A stretch of 64,000 nt of DNA. Source: Candidatus Binatia bacterium. Lineage in GTDB: Bacteria; Desulfobacterota; Binatia; Bin18. A program made the translations under genes and the position numbers. The notes under the pieces were generated by a model, which did not search any database, was not told the DNA's origin, and saw nothing but the letters and a program-made list of their open reading frames with translations. This document shows, piece by piece, positions 27,685 through 37,286 of the stretch (position 1 is its first letter; every line of letters starts with the position of its first letter). The stretch spans positions 2,848,001 through 2,912,000 of the forward strand of contig OY761159.2 in NCBI GenBank assembly GCA_963664395.2, read 5' to 3'.

Positions 27685-29730
27685 TCAGTGCGCCGCTACA
27701 TTTTTACTGAGAAAGCGCTGAATCTCGGTGGCGGACAGCGTGACCCAGCGCTCGGCCACGCTCACGGCGGCTTGCACTGAAAAACGCTCACTCTCCCCCA
27801 CTATTTCACGCGTGACCGCATAACGCCGGACGTGGCTCTGGAGTTGAAGGCTGGTCCCCTCTTCCATCCACGCCGAGCGATGCAGGAGAAGAGGCGGCGT
27901 GGGTAAGGAAGCGATGACGTCACGGAGCAGGGGGTCATCGCCGTCAATAACAAAATGACAGCTGGCTCCGACCGCTAGACATAACACGTGCATTTCGTCC
28001 TGGAGCGTTTGGAGCACCTCAACATCGGTACTATAGCTCGGGGTCAACGTCGTCAGGATAGCAATATCCGGGGTGACAGTCCGGACAAGTTGCTGCATAT
28101 CACCCTGATGGCGGGTGCCGAATTCGAGGACGAGTACGTCTATCGCTTCGGTGTTGAAGAGCGCAGTCCATACCGCCCGCGCGAAACTGCGCGCGAGGTC
28201 CCACCCGCGGACTGAATCCAATTCGATGTTGAGGATGGCCAGGGGCAGGCCAATATCGGTATTATAGGAACGGGGATTGGGTTGTACCCGGTACCGCTGG
28301 GCCAATAGCTCGGTCACAATGCGCTTGATAACCGTCTTTCCGTGGCTGCCGGCAATGGCAATAACACGGGGATTCTTCCGCCACAGAATAATACGGGCGA
28401 GGACTTGCAATATCCGGACGGCGAAGCGACGGAGACGGTGGTGTGAAAAGAGGTCGAGAGAGAGACGTGGGGTGGACGGGACGCGCGATGGCGAGGGTCG
28501 AGTCGCTTGGCGCTGACGAGTATGAGCGCGCCGCGACGCTGCCGGACTGAAGTAATCGGTGAGACGCTCGAAGGCGGTTGTAATGGCGTCCGACTCGCGT
28601 CCAAAGTTCAGACGGATATGGGCTTCTCCGCTGGGCCCAAAGGCACTGCCGGGGACAACCGCCACTTTTGCCTTTTCCAGAATATCGTAGGCGAGGGCGT
28701 ACGAATCGCGGGCATGGACAACCACGTCTTTGATCCGGGGAAAGACAAAATAGGCCCCTTCCGGTTTTTGGTAGTCAAACACATGTGAGAGCTGATCGAG
28801 ATAGGTGAGCATCAGGTCCCGGCGTTGCTTAAATGCCTGCCGAAAGGCCGCAATATGGTCTTGCCCATATTCGAGCGCAGCTAAGGCTGCATACTGCGAC
28901 ACGACCGGCGCGCAGGTCACAAGGGCATCGTGCACTTTGAGAATTTCTTGGACATTCCTTGCATCGGAGTGGAGATAGCCGACGCGCCAGCCCGTCATCC
29001 CATAGGCTTTGGAGAAGGTGAAAATCCGCACAATGCGACGGCGGACAGCAGCGACCTGCGCCGGACTGAAATATGCCTCTGGAGTGTAGACAAAGTCTTT
29101 GTAGGCTTCATCAATAATAAGAAAGAGATCGTGCCGTTCGGCCAGAGCAATGAGGGCGCGCGTTTCCGTTTCTGAGAAGACCGTACCGGTTGGATTGTTC
29201 GGATTACAGTATAGGATCGCTCGCGTGTGTGGAGACAGACAGTCCTCAAACGCCTCTTCGTTAAAGGCAAAATTCTGCTCCTCGTGTAACGGGGCAAACC
29301 GCGGGGTACACCCGGCGATGCGGACGACCTCCTGGTACGAGGCGTAGCTGGGAGAGGGAAGAATGATCTCATCCCCCGGCTGAGTGAGGGCCAGCAGCGT
29401 AGCGGCAATCGCCTCAATCGAGCCGCAGGAAACAATAATCTCCTGGTCCGGGTCGTAGTGCATGGCCTCTTGCAGTAGCGACTCGGCAATACATTCACGC
29501 AGTTGGGGCAAGCCTGGGGTAAGCGAGTATTTGGCACACTCGCCCTCGGCGATCTTTTGCTGGACAAAGGATTTAATCGGTTCGGGCGTATCAAAGCTCG
29601 GGATACCCTGGGCCAGAGAGATCACGTCCGGAACCCGGCTGGCCGCCAGCTCTATTGCCTTAATAGGCGACAGCTTCACGTTGGCCGTGCGCGCAAATGC
29701 TCGTTTTTGCCCCCCGCCTCCGCGAGCCAC
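27685..29730 (-). CDS. Class I/II PLP aminotransferase fused to Mur-ligase central-like domain
   Basis: NPNNPTG, DEAY, FSKAYGMTGWRVG; then AIAGSHGKT, YNTDIGLPLAI, VLEFG, PDIAILT. Confidence 0.8.
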   Translation of the reverse strand: MARGGGGQKRAFARTANVKLSPIKAIELAASRVPDVISLAQGIPSFDTPEPIKSFVQQKIAEGECAKYSLTPGLPQLRECIAESLLQEAMHYDPDQEIIVSCGSIEAIAATLLALTQPGDEIILPSPSYASYQEVVRIAGCTPRFAPLHEEQNFAFNEEAFEDCLSPHTRAILYCNPNNPTGTVFSETETRALIALAERHDLFLIIDEAYKDFVYTPEAYFSPAQVAAVRRRIVRIFTFSKAYGMTGWRVGYLHSDARNVQEILKVHDALVTCAPVVSQYAALAALEYGQDHIAAFRQAFKQRRDLMLTYLDQLSHVFDYQKPEGAYFVFPRIKDVVVHARDSYALAYDILEKAKVAVVPGSAFGPSGEAHIRLNFGRESDAITTAFERLTDYFSPAASRRAHTRQRQATRPSPSRVPSTPRLSLDLFSHHRLRRFAVRILQVLARIILWRKNPRVIAIAGSHGKTVIKRIVTELLAQRYRVQPNPRSYNTDIGLPLAILNIELDSVRGWDLARSFARAVWTALFNTEAIDVLVLEFGTRHQGDMQQLVRTVTPDIAILTTLTPSYSTDVEVLQTLQDEMHVLCLAVGASCHFVIDGDDPLLRDVIASLPTPPLLLHRSAWMEEGTSLQLQSHVRRYAVTREIVGESERFSVQAAVSVAERWVTLSATEIQRFLSKNVAAH

Positions 29731-29909
29731 AATCAGTCTTTTCCTTTCAGCCCGTTGTCAGCGGTACGGTATCCAGGCTCTCGGGGCTTTGCAATGGAGT
29801 GGAGAGTTAGGATATATCCCGGACAGGAGTTGTTACTCAGTGACGCGTCGAAGGTCGCAAGTCAGGACCTTCGACTTTCAGATTTTTCGACTTCACAGGA
29901 GGGGATCAT

Positions 29910-30593
29910 ATGAGCGAGCGCTTTTTTTCTGAAGAAGAGATTCGTGAAATGGGCAAACGCACCGTGGACCGTTTAACGGAAGCCATTGACGCCGGGGATG
30001 CCGAGCAGGCCAAGAAAATTGCGAACCGCATGTATAATGAATTCCTCGGGATGCACGACCTGTACCGCAACTGGACAACCGCGACGCTGAGCGAGGTTGG
30101 CAAACGCTTTGGTGATGAAGTTCTGGAAGAGATTATGACAGCAGGCGTCAAAGCCTGGTGGCTGCCGAATCTGGAAAAAATGCCGCAGGACCCCCAAGAG
30201 CTGCCCCGGAAGATCAAGATGTTTGTGGCTGGTCTGCGGGGTCATCTCCAGCCCATGCATATTGAAGAAGATGAGGACAAGGTCGTCATTCAGATGCGGC
30301 CCTGCGGCAGTGGGGGACGCATGGTCCTCGAAGGTAAATACGAGGGACCCGACGCATTTCATACCGTGGAAAAGCCGCAACGGATGACCTATAACCGCGC
30401 AAACTTTCCCGTGTACTGTGCGCACGAACCACCGATGGAACTGGTCGACATCGAAAAAAACGGCAAACCTTTTGTCGTGGTCGAGCCGGCGGCCGTCCTC
30501 GGAAAAGAGCACTGCTCCTTTATTATTTATAAAGACCCGGACAAAATCCCGGAGAAATATTACGAACGGCTCGGCCTCAAGAAACCGGAATAG
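29910..30593 (+). CDS. Conserved hypothetical protein, possible V4R/ATC-hydrolase-like Cys-ligand fold
   Basis: AGGAGG RBS; PCGSGG, YCAH and late Cys pattern. Confidence 0.6.
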   Translation: MSERFFSEEEIREMGKRTVDRLTEAIDAGDAEQAKKIANRMYNEFLGMHDLYRNWTTATLSEVGKRFGDEVLEEIMTAGVKAWWLPNLEKMPQDPQELPRKIKMFVAGLRGHLQPMHIEEDEDKVVIQMRPCGSGGRMVLEGKYEGPDAFHTVEKPQRMTYNRANFPVYCAHEPPMELVDIEKNGKPFVVVEPAAVLGKEHCSFIIYKDPDKIPEKYYERLGLKKPE

Positions 30594-30613
30594 GCCGGTT
30601 GTGAGGAGACGTC

Positions 30614-31807
30614 ATGCTCGCTGCTGGAGTCGGTCTCTCAAAACAACAGGATACTGAACAGGCCACGCGTGAAGCAGCCCAGGCTGCGTTGCGCCAAGCG
30701 GGTGGCGATAGCGCTGACTTTGCCTTGGTCTTTGCAACCGCCCAGCATGGAGCTGCGTACGGGCGCGTCCTGCGCACTGTACGAGCCGAATTGCAAACGA
30801 GTCAGGTGGTTGGCTGTAGTGCCGCTGGAGTGCTGACAGCGGGTGGAGAAGTGGAACGAGCGCCGGGTGTTGCGGTGTTGGCCGTGAAGTCTGACACGCT
30901 GTCCGCCCATCGCTTCTTTGTCCCCCAACTGCGCCGCCGGGCGCGTACAGCCGGCCAGGATGTCGTTTCCAGCGTCACTCCCCACCTGGGTCCGGAAAAT
31001 CTCGCGCTTGTCTTCCCCGATACGTATAATTTTGACTCACAGGCTTTCTTTGACGGGATAGCCGAGGGGGGACTCTCGGATGTTCCTTTTGTTGGAGGTG
31101 GGGCGTCTGAGGACGGGAGCATTGGTGAGACGTTCCAGTTGTGTGGAGACACGGTCAGTAATGATGCAATAAGTGGTGCACTGCTGAGTGGTCAGTTCAC
31201 CTATACTATTGGCATCACCCAAGCCTGCCAACCGGTGAGTCCCGTGTATCGGGTCACGAAGGCCCACAACAATCTCATTCTTGAGCTTGACGGCCGGCCA
31301 GCGTTTGAGGTCTTTGCCGAACGCGTGAGCCCCCAACTCCGGGAGGACCTGCGCCGTGCCGCGGCATTTATCTTTGCCGGCTTGCCAGTTGACGCCGAAC
31401 GCCAGCATATCGCCCCTGGCGAATATGTCGTTCGTAACCTCGTGGGCTTTGATCCGGAGCGCGGGATTATTGCGGTAGCGGGCGAGATTGTCGAAGGCCA
31501 GAAGCTGGTTTTCACCTTACGCGACGGGAATGGCGCGCGGACGGACCTGAAACGTGAGCTGGAAGCGCAGGACCGGAGTTGGCAGCACAGCCGCCCGGCG
31601 TTTGGTCTCTATTTCAACTGTGTCGGACGTGGAAGCGGGCTGTACGGGATTCCCGATATCGACTCTTCCTATCTCAGCCAATACCTGGCCGATGTCCCGA
31701 TTATCGGGTTTTTTACCGGCTGTGAGATTGCACCTATTCAGCGCCAGGCCATCGTCCACCAGTATTCCGGCGTCCTGGTCCTCGTTGGCGAGAAGCCGCT
31801 GCACTAA
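30614..31807 (+). CDS. FIST-N/FIST-C sensory domain protein
   Basis: VGCSAAG, GGGAS, LELDGRPA, VVRNLVG, YFNCVGRG, GFFTGCEI. Confidence 0.88.
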   Translation: MLAAGVGLSKQQDTEQATREAAQAALRQAGGDSADFALVFATAQHGAAYGRVLRTVRAELQTSQVVGCSAAGVLTAGGEVERAPGVAVLAVKSDTLSAHRFFVPQLRRRARTAGQDVVSSVTPHLGPENLALVFPDTYNFDSQAFFDGIAEGGLSDVPFVGGGASEDGSIGETFQLCGDTVSNDAISGALLSGQFTYTIGITQACQPVSPVYRVTKAHNNLILELDGRPAFEVFAERVSPQLREDLRRAAAFIFAGLPVDAERQHIAPGEYVVRNLVGFDPERGIIAVAGEIVEGQKLVFTLRDGNGARTDLKRELEAQDRSWQHSRPAFGLYFNCVGRGSGLYGIPDIDSSYLSQYLADVPIIGFFTGCEIAPIQRQAIVHQYSGVLVLVGEKPLH

Positions 31808-31819
31808 GACAATCTGGGC

Positions 31820-32152
31820 TCAAAACGGGAACAAATTCCCGAAAAATCCCTCGTCGTCATCGCTTGAGACGCCCTGCTCGTCGTCATTGCCCAGAAAGCT
31901 CTTGAACGGATTATACTTCGAGAGCAGCCCCGGCTTGGTAATGGTTTCTCCCGCCCCAGGTTCGGTGTCACGGGCGCGGCCATAGGCTGGCGTCGCGGTC
32001 GGAAATTGTTCCGGCTCCTGGAGATAGGTAATACCCAGGTTGCGGTCATCATCACAGCAGCCTCTGCTAAACGGCAGCCAGGAGCAGGACGCGCCGAACA
32101 CGATCAGGCTCGCGCACAAGACCGCGCGGATATACGCACTCGGCGCTTTCAT
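31820..32152 (-). CDS. Hypothetical lipoprotein
   Basis: Signal peptide with GASC; acidic low-complexity tail. Confidence 0.5.
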   Translation of the reverse strand: MKAPSAYIRAVLCASLIVFGASCSWLPFSRGCCDDDRNLGITYLQEPEQFPTATPAYGRARDTEPGAGETITKPGLLSKYNPFKSFLGNDDEQGVSSDDDEGFFGNLFPF

Positions 32153-32197
32153 AGTGTGGAAATTCGGGTAGTGTCTCAGTTTCAGATCTCCCTGTCG

Positions 32198-32536
32198 CTA
32201 TTTCAGCCGAACCGCCGTTCCGGTCGCGACCAGCAGCAACATGCCTTTTCCTCCGCCGCTGATTTCGCTGTAGTCCATATCGACACCGACAACCGCATCG
32301 GCACCAAGCTGCGCGGCCTGATCTGCGAGTTCTTCCAGACAGGTCTCCTTGGCTTCCCGTAGCGCTTTCTGGTGGGTGCCGCTCCGGCCGCCAAAAAAGT
32401 CCCGTAGGCCACCCAGCATATCTCGAAAGACGTTGATACCCAAAACACACTCGGCGCTGACAATACCGAGTGCTTCCTGAATCGTGCGACCCGGAACCGC
32501 GGGGGTCGTGGTCATATTGTTTCTGGCAATCGGCAT
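32198..32536 (-). CDS. YbjQ/UPF0145 family protein
   Basis: LGIVS.E...RDFFGGRS...LGADAVVGV..DY...VATGTAV. Confidence 0.92.
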   Translation of the reverse strand: MPIARNNMTTTPAVPGRTIQEALGIVSAECVLGINVFRDMLGGLRDFFGGRSGTHQKALREAKETCLEELADQAAQLGADAVVGVDMDYSEISGGGKGMLLLVATGTAVRLK

Positions 32537-32654
32537 AGACGACTTTCGTTAGGCTGTTGTCTCACGACGGTTATACATAACTGGAAAACTCCCCGGCAAC
32601 TACCACACCGCCTGCGCGTTCTTTCTCCCGGGCGTTTTCACTATGAGAGAAAAA

Positions 32655-35306
32655 TCAGAGCGGTGAGGTCTCCGGCAGCGGCCCGAACAAAACACGCAGG
32701 GCGATGTCGGCCAGGATGAGGAAGAGGGCGATGACAATGAGGGTATTTTCGAGGGGGTGGAGGAGGACTTTCTGGCCGCCCCGGATTTGGGAAGTGAGTT
32801 CGTCGAATGTCGGGTTGAGGCTGCCGCCCGTTCCTTCAGCCAGGGCGTGCAGCAATGGCCGGTTAGGTTGTTGTTGGCGATATTCTTTCAACGCCCCGTC
32901 TACTTCTTGCCCAACCAAAACCGTCTGACTCCTCTGGTTCAGGATCGTATTGCCTTTACGCTTGATAATGGTGACGGGTACGTTGCCTGTGTATCGGGCG
33001 GGCAGGACGGCTTCGGAGATACGCGGGGCGACCGGCATGAGGGTCAGGGTCTCACTTCGGGTTCCGCTGGCCAGCCGGGCTTGGAGGATGCCGCCCTCTG
33101 TCGTGTCAAAGGATTCGACCCGCAAGATCGTCCGTTCGCCGCGCGTGGTCGCGCTCAGGCGATAATCCAGGGGCGTTTCATTTCGCATGGCCCACCGGAC
33201 CGCTTGAGACCAGAACTTGCCGAAGCGTTCCCAGCGTATCCAATCGCCTGAGCCGGCGCCGCTCGGATCAAACGGAACGGCGACGACTTTGCCAAGACCA
33301 TATTGCCAGGTGGCGAGGAGGGGGTCCTGTTCGCCGTGGACGTCGGTATACAGTTGGACGTTCGCCTGTTTCTTGGGCGTGGTCAGCATATATTCGTCAA
33401 GGGCCGGGAAGTCGGACAAGCCGCGTAAAATCTGTCCCCGTACGCCGACGTGCGGGACGATGTCCTTGGGTCCTTCGTCTTCTTGATTTTGCTGGCGCAG
33501 GGTCCGCCGGGTGTCCCGCACTAAGAGTTGGGGCAGCATCGTTGCATCTTCGACATGGTAAAAGCGTCCACCCGTTTTTTCAGACATATAGGACAGCAGT
33601 TGCAGGTTGACGGTGTCGGTCCCAATCCGAATAGTCGTAATCGAGATCTGGCGCTGGGCAATGGTTTTAATCAATGGATAATGATCGGCCGGACTGCGAT
33701 TGGTATCTCCATCCGTGAGTAAAATAATATGGCGAATAGACCGACGACTCCGACTCAATTGATCGGCCGCAGCTTCCAGCGCCTGATGGAAGTCCGTCCC
33801 TCCGCCATAGCGCAGCCGCCCGATGCGACTCCGTAGAGTCGAGCGATTTTTTGCCAGCCGTTGTAATGCCGACAGGGAATAGGCTTCTGAGTCAAAGGCA
33901 ATGGCGCCCGCCAGATCGGTATTTTCGAGTTGGCCCAAGACGGCAGTCGCCGCCTTCTGCGCATACTCCATTTTTTGGCCATCGTGCAGGCCGCGAACGC
34001 GGCTGTTATAGCCCATGCTGTTCGAGCGGTCGATCAATAAAAAGAGGGCAATCGGAATACGCTTCTTTTTTTGCGGACGCTGCTTGCAAAAGGAGACCGG
34101 CAAGAGACGTTCTATGGCTGAGTGTTGATAGTCGAGCGTCCCAAACGTCCGCGTTCCGCCCGTCATGAGAAAGCCACCCCCAAAGTCACGCACATAGCGC
34201 TCAATGACCGTCATCTGTTTCTTCGTTACCTCTTCGCGGCTGATGTCATCAAAGACCACACTATTATAGTCGAGGAGATCGGGCAGAGTGGTTGGCAGCC
34301 CTTCGGGCCGCCGAAACTCAATCTCCACTTCTTTGATCTGTAGCGCGCGTGCCAGGTGAGTCTGAGGATTGTTGGTGATGACGAGGGCGCGCGTTTTCCC
34401 GGCAACAGCCAGGCTTGTACTCTGGGTGTTATTCCCGGCGATAGTGTCGGCGTCTGTCTGAATCTCTGCTCGAAGCAAGTAGTTCCCGCGCTGAAGGATT
34501 TGAGCGGGAATTTCCAAAACAGACAGGCCGGGCTCCAGGCTCACCGCTTGACGGGTCAGGAGGTGATCGTCAACAAAGATGTCGGCTCTGCCTGGAACGG
34601 GCCGGGCATGGCCGTTGCGAACAACGAGGCGCATATCAAAGACGCTGCCCTCACGGGTCAACGGGGGAACAACAAATTTTTCCAGGGAGACTTCGGCCTT
34701 TTGGCCGCCCGGGGGAATGACCGGATAAATGGCAATGCCCATTTGACGGGCTGTGGCTCCGGCTTGGCGGGCCCTGCCGGTTGTCTCATTCCCATCGGTC
34801 AGGAGGAGGAGGCGTTTTTCCGTCCCCTCGGGATACAGAGCAAAGGATCGTTCAAGCGCTTGAGCAATATTCGTACTTGTGGCGTGGTCAGGCGCCGGAA
34901 ACGACTCGGGCAGGATGGCCTGAGTTGCCGGACCGGGGGCAAGAACGAGCTGAGTATCGGTTGCAAATGAGAGGATCGAGAGTTCATCTTCTGGTGAGAG
35001 CGCCTCTTTGAGTTGCTCCAGATACGTTTGCATCCAGGTCCGAGCTTCTGAAGCAATACTGTCTGACGTATCAACCGCCGCCACAACGGCTAACTTCTGA
35101 TCGGAGAGAATGGTCTGATAACTCAGACCGGCCAGGGCCATAATAACCAGGCTGGCGGCCACAGTCCGAAGCAGCGTCGCGGCCGCCAGCACGCCCCGCC
35201 GGGCGTATCCGCGTAAGGGCAGCCACAGGAGCGGCAACAAGAGGAAGAGCCACAATAACCTGGGCGACAGGATCGTATACAGTTGGCCAAAAATTTCGGT
35301 GGTCAT
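32655..35306 (-). CDS. Membrane protein with two vWA domains and a GATase1-like domain
   Basis: DTSDS...TDGNET; YVRDFGGGFLMTGG; DRSNSM...GGTD...LTDG; WQYGLGKV; TM helices at both ends. Confidence 0.8.
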   Translation of the reverse strand: MTTEIFGQLYTILSPRLLWLFLLLPLLWLPLRGYARRGVLAAATLLRTVAASLVIMALAGLSYQTILSDQKLAVVAAVDTSDSIASEARTWMQTYLEQLKEALSPEDELSILSFATDTQLVLAPGPATQAILPESFPAPDHATSTNIAQALERSFALYPEGTEKRLLLLTDGNETTGRARQAGATARQMGIAIYPVIPPGGQKAEVSLEKFVVPPLTREGSVFDMRLVVRNGHARPVPGRADIFVDDHLLTRQAVSLEPGLSVLEIPAQILQRGNYLLRAEIQTDADTIAGNNTQSTSLAVAGKTRALVITNNPQTHLARALQIKEVEIEFRRPEGLPTTLPDLLDYNSVVFDDISREEVTKKQMTVIERYVRDFGGGFLMTGGTRTFGTLDYQHSAIERLLPVSFCKQRPQKKKRIPIALFLLIDRSNSMGYNSRVRGLHDGQKMEYAQKAATAVLGQLENTDLAGAIAFDSEAYSLSALQRLAKNRSTLRSRIGRLRYGGGTDFHQALEAAADQLSRSRRSIRHIILLTDGDTNRSPADHYPLIKTIAQRQISITTIRIGTDTVNLQLLSYMSEKTGGRFYHVEDATMLPQLLVRDTRRTLRQQNQEDEGPKDIVPHVGVRGQILRGLSDFPALDEYMLTTPKKQANVQLYTDVHGEQDPLLATWQYGLGKVVAVPFDPSGAGSGDWIRWERFGKFWSQAVRWAMRNETPLDYRLSATTRGERTILRVESFDTTEGGILQARLASGTRSETLTLMPVAPRISEAVLPARYTGNVPVTIIKRKGNTILNQRSQTVLVGQEVDGALKEYRQQQPNRPLLHALAEGTGGSLNPTFDELTSQIRGGQKVLLHPLENTLIVIALFLILADIALRVLFGPLPETSPL

Positions 35307-37270
35307 GCTGTGCGCCCCATCTGAGAGCGCCGCAAGGCGTACAGCCACTCGCCGAGGAGAAGAAGCGCGGCGAGCCAGTACAGACCCCGACCAAATTCGA
35401 CGGGAACTTCGCGGTGCACTTCTTCGGATGTTGTTCGGACTCCTGGCGGTGACACCTGGGGCTGCCCTGATGAGCCAGCGTGCCCTCCAGCAGACATGCC
35501 GACAGACATGCCGACAGACATGCCGATGTCGGCACGTCTGCGCAGTGTGTCCTCAGCGGCCTGTCTGCCAATGTCGGACTCGGCTTCGTCAAAGAGATTT
35601 GCGTACAGCACCGCCTGATAGGTTTCAGCCTCAATACGATAGATACCAACCTGATCAAGCGACACGGTGTCGGTTGCAAGGGCCTGAGCTTCCGCCCGAG
35701 GTGTAGACAGGCGTGCACGGTCAAGCGGAGCATCGGCGGGGAGAAAGAACATGTCTCCGACGGGGAGCAGGTGGGGATTGAGCGGATTGGGTGGACGGAG
35801 CCAGCGCAGAGCATTGAGAAAGAGGACGAGCAGGGTCAGGTTGTCTGAGTCGGTGAGATTCCCCGCGCCTAGATCAAATGCTAAACAGACAACCCGATGG
35901 CCGTCTTTCTCACCCGTCAGCGCAAGCGGGATTTCGCCGTGTTGGGTCCTTGAGGAAATGAGCACCTGCGCCCAGGGGGGGAGTGCGAGAATGCGGGCCT
36001 GCTTGAACGGCAGCGCTTCAACATACTGCAGGTTGCGCAAAATTTCGTGCTCGTCGTTCCAGTCCAGAATATTGAGGTCTGCGGCCTCGGTCAAAACGGG
36101 AAAGAGTGGATTCTCAACCGGCGGGAAGATGTAGAGACTATTGGCGGAGATTACCGCGCCGGGAACAAATTGATGGAAAAGGACAACATCCTGCTCGTTC
36201 AATTGATCGGGCGAGAAGTCCTCGGGCCTGGTGCTGACCAGCGTTACGCCGGGGAGCGATTGACTCACCTGCCGGAGCTCCTCGTGCAGGTGGGCAACCG
36301 GAGAGACCAGGACTAATCGCCACGAACGACGTTCAGCAATCCAGTTGAGGGCGTGATTGTCGACGGCTAAGGCATCCTCGGACTCAAGGTGGACGGCAAG
36401 CTGCCCCGGCCCGCTAAAACCACGTAAAGAGAACGAGCGGGTCGTGTTGGCCGAGAGGCTGAACTCTTCTTGAAAGACAGCTTGGCCATTGAGGGCGACG
36501 CTCAGCGTTGCGCCTTTTGTTCGAGTGGCATAATTGCGAACGAGGATATAGGCCTGGGCCTGGGAGTAGTCCTGGAAGGGGTTCTGGTACACATGGACCG
36601 AGGCCAGGGCCATATTGTCGTCTGTCTCACCCACACGATGATAGCTCAACGCCTGAAGCTGCGCCTCTGCCAGACTCAGCTGGCTGAGCGCCACGTCGGT
36701 AAAAACATGGATCTGGGCCTGCCGTCCGGCCCGGTCGCGCTGGACGAGGGCGAGTTCAATTCCCAGTTCCAGCTGCGTGCCGGTATCCTGCGGCTGTAGG
36801 CTCTCGAGGCGGTGCAACAACAAACGATGGTCTGTGGTAAAGCCACTGACGACGTGGGGCCGGGCAGCAATGCTGATGAGCATGACTTCGTCAAGGGGCG
36901 CCAGGGATTGGACTACATCTTTGGCTTGATCCAGGGCCAGATCAAATCGGCGTAAGCCGTCTTCGCGGGCCTGCATGCTCGCCGAAAGATCAAAGACGAG
37001 AATCTGTCGGTCGCCGCGAGTTTCGGTGACTGCGCGCGACCAGTACGGATGCAATAAACCACCAATGAGAAAAAGGAGGAGGAGGGCTTGAAGGAAAAAG
37101 AGGAGGTCGGGCCGGAAGCGTCTGGAACGCACGCGATCTTCTGTAATGCTTTCCCACAACAAGAGGCTGGGTACTTCAATACGGGTGCGGGTGCGCTGGC
37201 GCAGGTAGATAAGCACCAGAATGCCAAGCAGGGAGAAGAACGGGAGTGCCGCTGGATTGAGGATGCCCAT
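35303..37270 (-). CDS. BatA-N + vWA domain protein
   Basis: ILNP...LIYL...VPSLLLW BatA motif; DLSASM; FTD; ANLFDEAESDI; C-terminal TM with EW. Confidence 0.8.
   Translation of the reverse strand: MGILNPAALPFFSLLGILVLIYLRQRTRTRIEVPSLLLWESITEDRVRSRRFRPDLLFFLQALLLLFLIGGLLHPYWSRAVTETRGDRQILVFDLSASMQAREDGLRRFDLALDQAKDVVQSLAPLDEVMLISIAARPHVVSGFTTDHRLLLHRLESLQPQDTGTQLELGIELALVQRDRAGRQAQIHVFTDVALSQLSLAEAQLQALSYHRVGETDDNMALASVHVYQNPFQDYSQAQAYILVRNYATRTKGATLSVALNGQAVFQEEFSLSANTTRSFSLRGFSGPGQLAVHLESEDALAVDNHALNWIAERRSWRLVLVSPVAHLHEELRQVSQSLPGVTLVSTRPEDFSPDQLNEQDVVLFHQFVPGAVISANSLYIFPPVENPLFPVLTEAADLNILDWNDEHEILRNLQYVEALPFKQARILALPPWAQVLISSRTQHGEIPLALTGEKDGHRVVCLAFDLGAGNLTDSDNLTLLVLFLNALRWLRPPNPLNPHLLPVGDMFFLPADAPLDRARLSTPRAEAQALATDTVSLDQVGIYRIEAETYQAVLYANLFDEAESDIGRQAAEDTLRRRADIGMSVGMSVGMSAGGHAGSSGQPQVSPPGVRTTSEEVHREVPVEFGRGLYWLAALLLLGEWLYALRRSQMGRTA
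35469..35546. repeat. Second copy of the GACATGC element, in-frame within the BatA/vWA gene
   Basis: GATGAGCCAGCGTGCCCTCCAG-(CAGACATGCCGA)x3-TGTCGGCACGT; homologous to the reverse complement of 13223-13300. Confidence 0.7.
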
Positions 37271-37286
37271 ACGCAGGGGAGGGTGC

